A stretch of DNA of 20,000 nt from IMG/VR virus record IMGVR_UViG_3300042298_003554; one strand, written 5' to 3'. Below, one piece after another: positions 8,107 to 16,477 of this stretch. Under the pieces are notes generated by a model that did not search any database, was not told the origin of the DNA, and worked only from the letters and a program-made list of their open reading frames with translations. The DNA comes from an uncultured virus (IMG/VR IMGVR_UViG_3300042298_003554) (taxonomy: Duplodnaviria; Heunggongvirae; Uroviricota; Caudoviricetes). The position numbers and the translations under genes were made by a program. How positions within the stretch are numbered: the first letter of the stretch is position 1; the number at the start of each line of letters is the position of its first letter.

Positions 8107-9132
8107 TTATTTCCTATTTTTATTTTGTTGATTAAGTTGATTTCTTAGATCCATCTGTACATCTGGTAATTTGCTTTCTTCTGTTATTCCAAACTTATTA
8201 ACATGAGATATTTTACTTCTCATTTTATTTAATCCTTCCATATTATTTAAACCAATAATTTCTTCTGCTTCTTGTTGGTTATTTGCGAATAAGAAAACTT
8301 CCTGGGCATTTTTAAGCTTAGGATTCAAAGTATCTATCTGATGTTGCTTTTTTTCTTTTTCTATTTTACGTCTTTGAGTTATCATCCATCCATCTAAAGC
8401 GTCGTTATCTTCAATAACTTCATCACTTGGACATTCTGGATGTTCATAAACTCTGTCATACATTTGACTAATACCAATTAGTGTTCTTTGATCATCTGAT
8501 AGTTGATTTTCGAATAAGTTATTTTTTTTAGTATTCCAATACGATCTCCAAATATTACTTCTTGCTAATTTTTTAAAATCCTCTAAAGATATAGAGTATT
8601 TATTTAGTTCATTAACAATAGTATTAAATAACAGATAGTTATTATTATTATTCTTATTATCAAATACTAAATTATTATTTTTATATAGCGTTTGAGTAAT
8701 AATAAATTCGTTTTTTATACTATTAGCATATCCTTCTAATGTATTAGAATACAGCTCTTCTTTTTTGCTTAAAATAGAATTTAACTGTTTTTTATAACTA
8801 TCTAGATTTTTTTTGATATTTTTTCTTTTATCTGTTAATTTAAATGCGCTATAGTAGTCTACTTTAGCATTGTCTATTTTTTTTTCAATATCCTTAATTA
8901 TCATAGATGTATCTTTTGTCCATAAATTTAAATATATCAGTAGGTTGTCTAAATTGTCCTCTCTTAACCAATCATTGTATTTTTCATCGTTAATAATATT
9001 ATTGTATAATATTTGAGCTTCATATTTTAAATCTATAGTTGCTGATCGTAATATGTATTTATCATTATTGATGTAAAATATTAAATATCCATTAAAAATT
9101 CTATATAGTAATAATTCAAGATCCTCATTCAT
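8107..9132 (-). CDS. Hypothetical phage protein (341 aa), possible tail assembly factor
   Basis: Long ORF between tail tube and TMP with coiled-coil-like segments and a HPECPSDEVIEDNDALDGW block; function unknown. Confidence 0.7.
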   Translation of the reverse strand: MNEDLELLLYRIFNGYLIFYINNDKYILRSATIDLKYEAQILYNNIINDEKYNDWLREDNLDNLLIYLNLWTKDTSMIIKDIEKKIDNAKVDYYSAFKLTDKRKNIKKNLDSYKKQLNSILSKKEELYSNTLEGYANSIKNEFIITQTLYKNNNLVFDNKNNNNNYLLFNTIVNELNKYSISLEDFKKLARSNIWRSYWNTKKNNLFENQLSDDQRTLIGISQMYDRVYEHPECPSDEVIEDNDALDGWMITQRRKIEKEKKQHQIDTLNPKLKNAQEVFLFANNQQEAEEIIGLNNMEGLNKMRSKISHVNKFGITEESKLPDVQMDLRNQLNQQNKNRK

Positions 9133-9274
9133 CCGAACTTTCTGAACTAATATTCTTTAAATTTTGAATCTGATTTTCCTTGTCCTGAAGTTGCTGTCGC
9201 ATAATTTCTAATACCTTTTGGGTATTATACATATCAACATACAACTTACCTATAATATTAAACAATTCGTCCAT
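9125..9274 (-). CDS. Small helical/coiled-coil protein (49 aa), not in ORF track
   Basis: MDELFNIIGKLYVDMYNTQKVLEIMRQQLQDKENQIQNLKNISSESSDE*; fills the gap after the tail tube gene and its stop overlaps the next start (ATGAATGA). Confidence 0.7.
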   Translation of the reverse strand: MDELFNIIGKLYVDMYNTQKVLEIMRQQLQDKENQIQNLKNISSESSDE

Positions 9275-9303
9275 ACATCCATTTCCGTAACTATCGAATC
9301 GTA

Positions 9304-10413
9304 TCAGTCACCGAGAATGTTAGCATCATCAACAGCATCTACCCAACTAGCAGCTTTAAACGAACCACTAGCATCAACAACAAACTTGTTAAAAGTCTGA
9401 TAACTATAGGTTACGGTAGCATTATCTCCACCAGCTTCTCCACCAGTATAGTTAACACTAGTAAGTTTATTTTTATTACCAATATCAATGATTAAAGCAT
9501 CATTAATACCACTACCGCACATAACAATTTTAACAGATTTATCTTGGAGATTTTTGTAAACAACATCGCATCCAACTTGGCCAGCAAAATCTTTGCCTTC
9601 TACAAAATCGCCACTAGAAGCAACAATTTCAAATTCACTAGTTACTTCTACTGGAAATGTTACATAACGATAGTATGGAGCCATAGCACCAAGTTCGTTA
9701 ATAGCTTCGCGACCAAGATCCATACTAATAGTAACATTTTGTAGGTATGGCATTGTTCTGCCTGCTGGAATTGGAATACCTCCACCAGCACCTGTTGGAA
9801 CAACGCTTGCTTCGCTGTTAAACTTGTAACGACGACCAATAGCTGGTGCTGTCATACTGCCGGTTGCAAAAGATGTTTGGGCAAATGCATCAACAGCTCC
9901 GCCGAGAACACTAGTACCACTATTCCAATATTTGTTATTACCAACAAGAGTAACATCTTCTGTAGCATTACCGTCTACCGGAATGGTAAAACTAACACTA
10001 CTAAGATACATACCAGAGCAATCCACATAAGCTGATGGAGTTCCTGTGGCAGACGCTTGAGTATCATCAAATATACTCAATCTAAAATTAACTCTGTTAT
10101 TGGCTAAGGCAACAAGCTCTTTGTTGACAGCAGAGTCTATTCCGCCATTACCACCCATACAAAGAAGATACAAAGGTGGTGTTCCATCAATAACCTTATT
10201 CATAGTTACTTCTACTTCTGGAACATCTTCAACGTTTTCATATAGTTCGATTTGGCCTAGTTGAAAAACTTGTTCCAAACCGAAATTTGTTGTGATTCCG
10301 GCACTTTGTACGCCTCTTGGAAAATACCAGTTACTATAAACAAGAGACCCCGTGTCATTTTGAGGTTTTAGGGCCACGGCTTGAGTTGCATAAAAAATTC
10401 TATTTTGTGCCAT
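9304..10413 (-). CDS. Major tail (tube) protein
   Basis: 369 aa, beta-rich, with tube-type signature VQSAGITTNFGLEQVFQLG; GGAG upstream; lies between a terminator-like gene and the chaperone/TMP genes. Confidence 0.75.
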   Translation of the reverse strand: MAQNRIFYATQAVALKPQNDTGSLVYSNWYFPRGVQSAGITTNFGLEQVFQLGQIELYENVEDVPEVEVTMNKVIDGTPPLYLLCMGGNGGIDSAVNKELVALANNRVNFRLSIFDDTQASATGTPSAYVDCSGMYLSSVSFTIPVDGNATEDVTLVGNNKYWNSGTSVLGGAVDAFAQTSFATGSMTAPAIGRRYKFNSEASVVPTGAGGGIPIPAGRTMPYLQNVTISMDLGREAINELGAMAPYYRYVTFPVEVTSEFEIVASSGDFVEGKDFAGQVGCDVVYKNLQDKSVKIVMCGSGINDALIIDIGNKNKLTSVNYTGGEAGGDNATVTYSYQTFNKFVVDASGSFKAASWVDAVDDANILGD

Positions 10414-10446
10414 TGAAGAATCTCCATTATATGGGATATTGTATTG

Positions 10447-10463
10447 GTATTAAGTAATACACC
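10447..10463 (-). promoter_or_regulatory. Candidate late promoter/regulatory motif GGTGTAT-N6-ATAC
   Basis: Intergenic, upstream of the tail tube gene; similar motifs lie upstream of 15886 and 6814. Confidence 0.35.
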
Positions 10464-10477
10464 TTTTTTTAATTAAA

Positions 10478-11404
10478 CTAGGGAAAAATTTCTATTGACC
10501 ATCTAACTATGCCATTGTATAATGAGCTGCTCAAACTATTTAATTCTCCAATGGTACTATCCTTTATAGTACACCAATAGTTAGAAAAATTCTGTGAGAT
10601 AAATGAATAATTATATCCGCTAGGATTGATATTACCAAATCTATTTAGAGCATAGCGATTATTTTTAACTACTTCAGAAATATCATATAAACTTAATGTT
10701 TTGTCTTTTTGGTGAATTAAAATATCTATTAAGGTATTGCGCTGATTAGCATTTTCACTATAAACGTGTAAAAATACATCTTGTATAATTATATTATCAT
10801 ATGTACCTAATTGTCTAGGAATCTGAACAGTTCTTGGTATTAATTCTACTATTATGGCTGGAAGTTGAACTCTATGAACACTGGTTATGCTAAAGTCTTG
10901 TTTATTAAAATTAGATGGATTATAGGTTTCTTTTTGTACTTCTTTCCACCAAATATTATCACTACTTTTATATACTTGAACATATCTATACGAATAATTG
11001 GCCAAAATAGAACTTTTAGGTGATACAGGATTATTAAAAACTATTTGACCAAGAGGATAATTAACATTGTATCCGTAATTTCCGCTGCCTGTTGGGGCGG
11101 GCAAAAAAGTATTATTTAGATAAATACCAGAAAATGCTATAGGACTACCACTTTCATAAACAATACCGCTTTCGTATATCCAGTCTTTGCGCGGCGATTG
11201 CCATACTTTATCTTTTAACGATGGATCCTCAGCGTTTTTTAGAATATGAAAAGATCCACCTGAGATTCCACTTGTTGGAATATTAACATTAACAAATCCT
11301 CCAATATGTAAAAACGACCAATCTAAAAAACTTTTTACATTATCTTCTAATAATGATATACGATGTTTATTGGTAATGGATGATACATTATGAAAAGTTG
11401 TCAT
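10478..11404 (-). CDS. Putative tail terminator/completion protein
   Basis: 308 aa just upstream of the tube gene; C-terminal LPAIIVE...QDVFLHVYSENANQRNTLIDIL pattern resembles tail-terminator folds. Confidence 0.5.
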   Translation of the reverse strand: MTTFHNVSSITNKHRISLLEDNVKSFLDWSFLHIGGFVNVNIPTSGISGGSFHILKNAEDPSLKDKVWQSPRKDWIYESGIVYESGSPIAFSGIYLNNTFLPAPTGSGNYGYNVNYPLGQIVFNNPVSPKSSILANYSYRYVQVYKSSDNIWWKEVQKETYNPSNFNKQDFSITSVHRVQLPAIIVELIPRTVQIPRQLGTYDNIIIQDVFLHVYSENANQRNTLIDILIHQKDKTLSLYDISEVVKNNRYALNRFGNINPSGYNYSFISQNFSNYWCTIKDSTIGELNSLSSSLYNGIVRWSIEIFP

Positions 11405-12057
11405 AAACTATTTTCTAAATTAGATTGAATAATTTGACCTATAGCTTTTTCTATTTTGCTGATTGCTCTTGTTGTCCAGTTATTTTCTGGTGTGCCACTA
11501 AAATTTGATGGTACTCTCCAACTAGAATCGGACTTAATCATGATCGCTAATCCACTACGAGATCTAGAACTACTACTATAGTTTACACTATAATTTTGTA
11601 CTAAAGACTCGTTTCCTTTTAATAATAACCATTCTAGCCACGGTAAAGAATAGTCTCCTTTTCTATCTACTACACTAGCAATATCTGTATATATAATTCC
11701 ATTAATATCATCACTTTTAATCATTGTAAAAATAAAACCACCAGATAAACCATTACCAGTAGTTTTAATAGGGTTTTCTTTTATCTGAATAGTATTAACC
11801 ATTGCTTCTATAACTTTATCAACAGATTCTGGGTCGCTTATACCAAGCTCTGCTCGTAATGTACCAGCTTTTAATGAAGCATATTCTGGTTCACCGATAA
11901 GAGCTTCTTTAACCAAATTTTTAATTTCCAGAGTAATTTTAGGCAAAATTTTTTGTATGTGTTTAGAAATTTGATCTTTTAAATTTTCAAGAATAACTTT
12001 AGTAATATCTATATTTTTATCAATTAGATCCAAGGAAAATTTCATTTCTTTTTCCAT
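11401..12057 (-). CDS. Putative neck/tail-completion protein
   Basis: 218-aa ORF between closure-like and terminator-like genes; the true start may be the second Met at 12045 (ATGA overlap). Confidence 0.45.
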   Translation of the reverse strand: MEKEMKFSLDLIDKNIDITKVILENLKDQISKHIQKILPKITLEIKNLVKEALIGEPEYASLKAGTLRAELGISDPESVDKVIEAMVNTIQIKENPIKTTGNGLSGGFIFTMIKSDDINGIIYTDIASVVDRKGDYSLPWLEWLLLKGNESLVQNYSVNYSSSSRSRSGLAIMIKSDSSWRVPSNFSGTPENNWTTRAISKIEKAIGQIIQSNLENSL

Positions 12058-12575
12058 AATGTTAAAATATATCTATTATCACCAAATCCCAAAGGCTCTG
12101 GATCGCTTGCTCTTTCGTACTTAAAATGACCAATATTAGATAAATTATTATCAAATGCTATTTCACTAGCATTCTTTATTTTGCTTAATAAATTAATATT
12201 ACATAAGCTTTGTATTGATCCATCTGGAATATTTACAACTTTAGAATTAATATTTAAGAAATATTTGCTATCAAAGATAAAAGCTAAATAAATAGTTTCG
12301 CTAGAGCTAGAACCTTTAAGTGTTCCTTGACCAACACAAACAGGACAAACACCACCTTCCGGAAAGCTTGCTGGTCCAGTACCATTATAAATATTACTAG
12401 ATAATAATGAAATAGGATCAAAAATACAATTATTACAGTATGTGGTTGTTATCTGATTATCAAAAAATATTTTGCATGGTAGAGATAGAGCATTGTTTTC
12501 TAGTAAACTATCTATGGCATTATTAAAAGTATTTTTCAGTTCTTTAGAAATAATACCACTAAAAGGATTTGTCAT
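12042..12575 (-). CDS. Putative head-closure (stopper) protein with Cys4 zinc-finger-like insertion
   Basis: 177 aa; CNNC...CPVCVGQG; beta-rich C-terminus; position in the neck cluster. Confidence 0.5.
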   Translation of the reverse strand: MTNPFSGIISKELKNTFNNAIDSLLENNALSLPCKIFFDNQITTTYCNNCIFDPISLLSSNIYNGTGPASFPEGGVCPVCVGQGTLKGSSSSETIYLAFIFDSKYFLNINSKVVNIPDGSIQSLCNINLLSKIKNASEIAFDNNLSNIGHFKYERASDPEPLGFGDNRYILTLWKKK

Positions 12576-12769
12576 GATTGTATCACTAGGGTCTCAATTG
12601 CGCTATCGTTTATTGTTAAAATAGATTTTATTAACAAAAAATTATTAATACTATTAGATTCGTTAACGGTTATGGTGTGAGAAATATTATTAACATTATT
12701 AATATTTAATGTTTTATATACTATATTAAGAACATTGCTGCTAGTTTCATCCAAAAGATTGATTATCAT
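12572..12769 (-). CDS. Hypothetical protein (65 aa, Asn/Ile-rich)
   Basis: ATGA overlaps with both neighbouring genes. Confidence 0.55.
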   Translation of the reverse strand: MIINLLDETSSNVLNIVYKTLNINNVNNISHTITVNESNSINNFLLIKSILTINDSAIETLVIQS

Positions 12770-12993
12770 ACTGATTTTGGCTCACCGGCTAAACCAGGAC
12801 CAGAAGGAGCATAAGGGGCTAAAGGATCAAGTATAGAAGCTATACATAGTTCTGCCCAATTAACCGCCTCTGCATGGGTACTCCATGATGTGCCGTTGGG
12901 CCAATTGGGTTGGTATATAACAGGAGTATTATTGCCAGACACATATATACTGACAGCAAAAGAATTATTATTTATTGTATAAGTTAGATTCAT
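12766..12993 (-). CDS. Small hypothetical protein (75 aa), possible partner of the propeller protein
   Basis: ORF directly after the propeller gene; QPNWPNGTSW...AVNWA Trp/Pro-rich segment. Confidence 0.7.
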   Translation of the reverse strand: MNLTYTINNNSFAVSIYVSGNNTPVIYQPNWPNGTSWSTHAEAVNWAELCIASILDPLAPYAPSGPGLAGEPKSV

Positions 12994-13007
12994 AATTTAG
13001 CCTTTTA

Positions 13008-14333
13008 TTAAGAGTTAAAAACTATACTATTCCAGTTATTATTACTAATGGATCTTTGTGTCCATGTTGTACCGTTTGTGGATGTTATAACTATAGCACC
13101 GCTACTAATAGCAACAAAATTATTATTTCCATAAGCAATATCTGTCCAAGATGCATTAATAGCTAATCCTTGGGTCCAATTTATACCATCTGTAGAATAC
13201 GCTGTTAATGCGCTGTTTGTTACCAAAACGACATATGTTCCATTTCCATATGATACACATTTCCATAATAATGAATCTGGTAGTGTTCCGGTACTCCAAT
13301 TAATACCATCAGAACTATATAACATGGTTGTTGTATTATTGCCAACAAGAATAAATTTACCATTAGCATAAATAATATCGGTCCAATCTTTTGTTTCAGG
13401 AAGTGCTCTTTGAGTCCATGTTATTCCATCTGATGATGTGGCTATCACAGAAGAATTGCTAGATATGGCTACATATGTACTATTACCATATGCTGCTGTT
13501 ATCCAATTAGCATTTGGTAAGATAAAAGAACTCCATGATATTAGATCATAACTATATAGTCCTGTTGAACTGTTTGCAAACACAAGATATTTACCATCGC
13601 CATAGATGGTTTTAGTAAATTGATTATTTGGATGAACAATATTATATGTATTATCTGACCAATTAATTCCATTGCTAGACGTATCATAATTTGAACTATT
13701 ACTAGCTAATGCAAAATAACCATTATTACTATATGATAAACTTATCCAATTTCTATTATTGCTGAAACTACCACTGGTCCATGATGCTCCGTCACTACTT
13801 CTAGCATTAGCGGTTGTGGTACCAGCCGAAGCCACGAATAAAGGACCAATCGGTGTTACCGATGGTGTTGGGGTGGGTGTCAGTGTTGAGGTAAGAGTTG
13901 GAGTATTTGTTGGAGTAGGAGTAGGCGTTTCTGTATTAGAAGGAGTAATTGACGGTGTTGGCGTAGGTGTTTCTGTATTAGATGGTGTTACTGTTGGTGT
14001 TTCTGTACTAGACGGTGTTATTGTGAGAGTTTGTGTGTTTGAAGGTGTTACCGTCGGTGTTTCTGTGTTAGTAGGAGTAACGGATGGTGTTACAGTTGGT
14101 GTTTGTGTGTTTGATGGTGTTACGGTTGGTGTTTGAGAAACAACGACTCCGCTATTGCAACATAACCAATAATAATTAGGATCATTAAAATTATTACTAT
14201 ATAAATTTTGTATACTTGCTAATTCTGGATCTGTGTCTTTGCTAGTATCTAATACTTGAAAAGAATTTGCTATTTTAATAGTGGTACGACCATTATTAAT
14301 AGGATTAGTGTTTATAGATTTGTCTATATTCAT
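13008..14333 (-). CDS. Virion-associated adhesin-like protein: Thr/Pro linker plus Asp-box beta-propeller
   Basis: About 95-aa TPTVTPSNT linker followed by about 7 blades with S-[ST]-[DN]-G-x-x-W motifs ([42 protein letters not shown]). Confidence 0.8.
   Translation of the reverse strand: MNIDKSINTNPINNGRTTIKIANSFQVLDTSKDTDPELASIQNLYSNNFNDPNYYWLCCNSGVVVSQTPTVTPSNTQTPTVTPSVTPTNTETPTVTPSNTQTLTITPSSTETPTVTPSNTETPTPTPSITPSNTETPTPTPTNTPTLTSTLTPTPTPSVTPIGPLFVASAGTTTANARSSDGASWTSGSFSNNRNWISLSYSNNGYFALASNSSNYDTSSNGINWSDNTYNIVHPNNQFTKTIYGDGKYLVFANSSTGLYSYDLISWSSFILPNANWITAAYGNSTYVAISSNSSVIATSSDGITWTQRALPETKDWTDIIYANGKFILVGNNTTTMLYSSDGINWSTGTLPDSLLWKCVSYGNGTYVVLVTNSALTAYSTDGINWTQGLAINASWTDIAYGNNNFVAISSGAIVITSTNGTTWTQRSISNNNWNSIVFNS
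13855..14133 (-). repeat. Degenerate tandem repeat, about 30-nt period, encoding [14 protein letters not shown] units
   Basis: Recurring plus-strand ggtgtttctgt / gatggtgtta units. Confidence 0.85.
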
Positions 14334-14356
14334 TGTATTATATTTCTTTGAAAGGA

Positions 14357-15355
14357 TTAAATATTACTATCATATGTTATAACTAGTTTCCAAGAATCAA
14401 TATTTCCACTACTAGTTGGATCAGTATCTTTTATAATAAGATTCCATACACCGGTTACAGAACTATTAAATAAATGATCAAAATTACTATTTAGAGATTC
14501 ATTATTATAGTTAACAATGGATGTTTTATCATAAATTCTACAAGTTTGACCATTAGATATATTATGTAAATATTTATTACTATCAGCTTTGTTACTAAAC
14601 ATAAAACTAAAATTATTGGAATAATTCGGTATTTTGTGATTAGCAGATAGTAGTATTTTATCTCCGCTTGGTGGAGACAACAACAAAACCAAGTCTGTTA
14701 CGTTGGAGTGATTTAGTTTGTTAATAGCCAGTTCTATATTAGATATGATTCCTGTATTCGTAACATTAACAGAACCGCTTGTTGTAGACAAATCATTAAT
14801 AGTTAAACCACTGCCATTATAAACTACAGAAAATAGATCTAGTGGACCACAATCATATGGTAAACAAAAATCTGTTTGTTCTGTAACAGTTGGTGTTGGT
14901 GTTGGTATATTGCTGCCTGTGGTTGTTGGTAAATTGGTTGTTTGTACAACCAAAGGATCCAAACTAATTGCACAATTAGGATCAATAGTTAAATTTCTAT
15001 CTATTAGATTGATACTTCCTTGAGACAATCTAACATTATTAAGTTTAATGGTTCCGACATTTTTAACATCAAGATCATAAACCGCTGTTAAAAAATTAAA
15101 AGATTTTGTATGATCCGCACTAAATTTTATTACTATAGTTCCGAGATTATCTCCTGTTATGCTCCATCCATCAACATCATAATTAGCTAATGCTTGACTA
15201 GAATATTTTCTAATAGATCCGTCGTCGCCTAGTATGCCAAATTCGACACACTTATTACTAAGATTTATCGGGTCGCCGGAACTGTTATTATATACAAAAT
15301 TAATCTGAAAATCAGATCCTTTTTCTATTGGAAAATTATAATTAACAGCTACCAT
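14357..15355 (-). CDS. Structural protein: N-terminal Ig-like virion-anchor domain plus C-terminal proprotein-convertase P-domain
   Basis: N-terminal IEKGSDF...AVYDL pattern, a PTPTPT linker, and C-terminal ISNIEL...[16 protein letters not shown]...GVWNLIIKD...GNIDSWKL matching the P-domain pattern. Confidence 0.7.
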   Translation of the reverse strand: MVAVNYNFPIEKGSDFQINFVYNNSSGDPINLSNKCVEFGILGDDGSIRKYSSQALANYDVDGWSITGDNLGTIVIKFSADHTKSFNFLTAVYDLDVKNVGTIKLNNVRLSQGSINLIDRNLTIDPNCAISLDPLVVQTTNLPTTTGSNIPTPTPTVTEQTDFCLPYDCGPLDLFSVVYNGSGLTINDLSTTSGSVNVTNTGIISNIELAINKLNHSNVTDLVLLLSPPSGDKILLSANHKIPNYSNNFSFMFSNKADSNKYLHNISNGQTCRIYDKTSIVNYNNESLNSNFDHLFNSSVTGVWNLIIKDTDPTSSGNIDSWKLVITYDSNI

Positions 15356-15367
15356 AGAATTATTCCA

Positions 15368-15886
15368 TTAACTATAAAGGTCTCTAGCATGATCACCAGG
15401 ATATCGTAAATAACTCGGATCAAAATTATTACCAACAAACGGACTAAGAATACCCCGTAGTAAGCTAGTATTACCTATTTCATAATCAAGTTTTAGATCC
15501 TCATACATTTTACAAGGACCATTAACTAAAAGAAATTGATAAGAGCTATTTCCACCAACACTAATATTAGCTGGTCCTAAAGCGGCTCTGATACCCTCTG
15601 TAGCGGCCCGTGTGCGTAAACTACTTTGATCTAAAAAGCAAGACGATTTTAATGCTATAAAACTAATAAAATCTACATCTTTATTTTCTAAAAGAGTAGG
15701 ATCAGGAATTATATCAGGATTGATAATATTAATACTATATTCGTTATTTAAATTAACTTCTCTTGTAACGTATTGAGCCGCTACAACTATTAGTTGCTGG
15801 ATTCTTTCGTCACTATATGTTGGATTATCACTAAGATCATTAATTAAACTACGAACTATAATTGGTATTTCTAGCTGCCAGCTCAT
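15368..15886 (-). CDS. Putative head-tail adaptor protein
   Basis: 172 aa; N-terminal helical VRSLINDL...YSDERIQQLI pattern typical of adaptor proteins; lies at the start of the neck cluster. Confidence 0.5.
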   Translation of the reverse strand: MSWQLEIPIIVRSLINDLSDNPTYSDERIQQLIVVAAQYVTREVNLNNEYSINIINPDIIPDPTLLENKDVDFISFIALKSSCFLDQSSLRTRAATEGIRAALGPANISVGGNSSYQFLLVNGPCKMYEDLKLDYEIGNTSLLRGILSPFVGNNFDPSYLRYPGDHARDLYS

Positions 15887-15906
15887 AGGGTATCCCCTGA
15901 AGGTTA

Positions 15907-15924
15907 GTATTTAACTTATACACC
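15907..15924 (-). promoter_or_regulatory. Candidate late promoter/regulatory motif GGTGTAT-N7-ATAC
   Basis: Intergenic, upstream of the adaptor-like gene and preceded by AAAAT. Confidence 0.35.
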
Positions 15925-15955
15925 ATTTTATAGGTAGCAACTAGCTTAATACGCT

Positions 15956-16141
15956 TCAGGTCGGAGCTGGTGAATTTGATCCAACTTTATTATTTTGTTC
16001 AGTTAAATTCTTGCTTATAGAACTTAGTTTCTCATAAAGTTGACCAATAGCTACCAAATCTTGGGCCTTAAAAACGCCTCTTTGAGTAGCAAGATCAATA
16101 ACCACCATAAGATTCTGAATATCACCTTGATTTAATTCCAT
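15956..16141 (-). CDS. Small viral hypothetical protein (61 aa)
   Basis: IDLATQRGVFKAQDLVAIGQLYEKL resembles, from memory, a small RG[AV]F helical family of large phages; purine-rich AGGGGA upstream. Confidence 0.7.
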   Translation of the reverse strand: MELNQGDIQNLMVVIDLATQRGVFKAQDLVAIGQLYEKLSSISKNLTEQNNKVGSNSPAPT

Positions 16142-16152
16142 AATTTTTCCCC

Positions 16153-16476
16153 TTATTCTGGACTGTTAATTGGAGCAATAACACCCTGTTCTGCTCCTGC
16201 TTTTCCTATATATAATAGTAATGATTGCACTATATTTGCAAGGTCACTATCTTCTACGCTTTTGCTTAATAAATTATCAATAACTAACCAAGTTCCGTTA
16301 TCTCCCGGCATATATTCTGCCACACCATCAAATACTCCAAATTTTTTCAAACGAACTCTAGCAGTAGCCTCACCGCCCAAAGTTCCCGCACTAATAATTA
16401 TTTCTTCAACCCATAATTTATCATATGTTTTTGCTGGAACTGTGGATACTATTGCTGGACTTAAAACTGGTAACAT
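16153..16476 (-). CDS. Hypothetical protein (107 aa), probable tail-fibre-associated
   Basis: Starts 1 nt after the fibre stop codon. Confidence 0.7.
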   Translation of the reverse strand: MLPVLSPAIVSTVPAKTYDKLWVEEIIISAGTLGGEATARVRLKKFGVFDGVAEYMPGDNGTWLVIDNLLSKSVEDSDLANIVQSLLLYIGKAGAEQGVIAPINSPE

Positions 16477-16477
16477 A

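Noticed and set aside
13855..14133. CRISPR array or DGR repeat
   Set aside because: Degenerate in-frame coding repeats with no unique spacers; no cas or reverse transcriptase gene and no template/variable repeat pair seen
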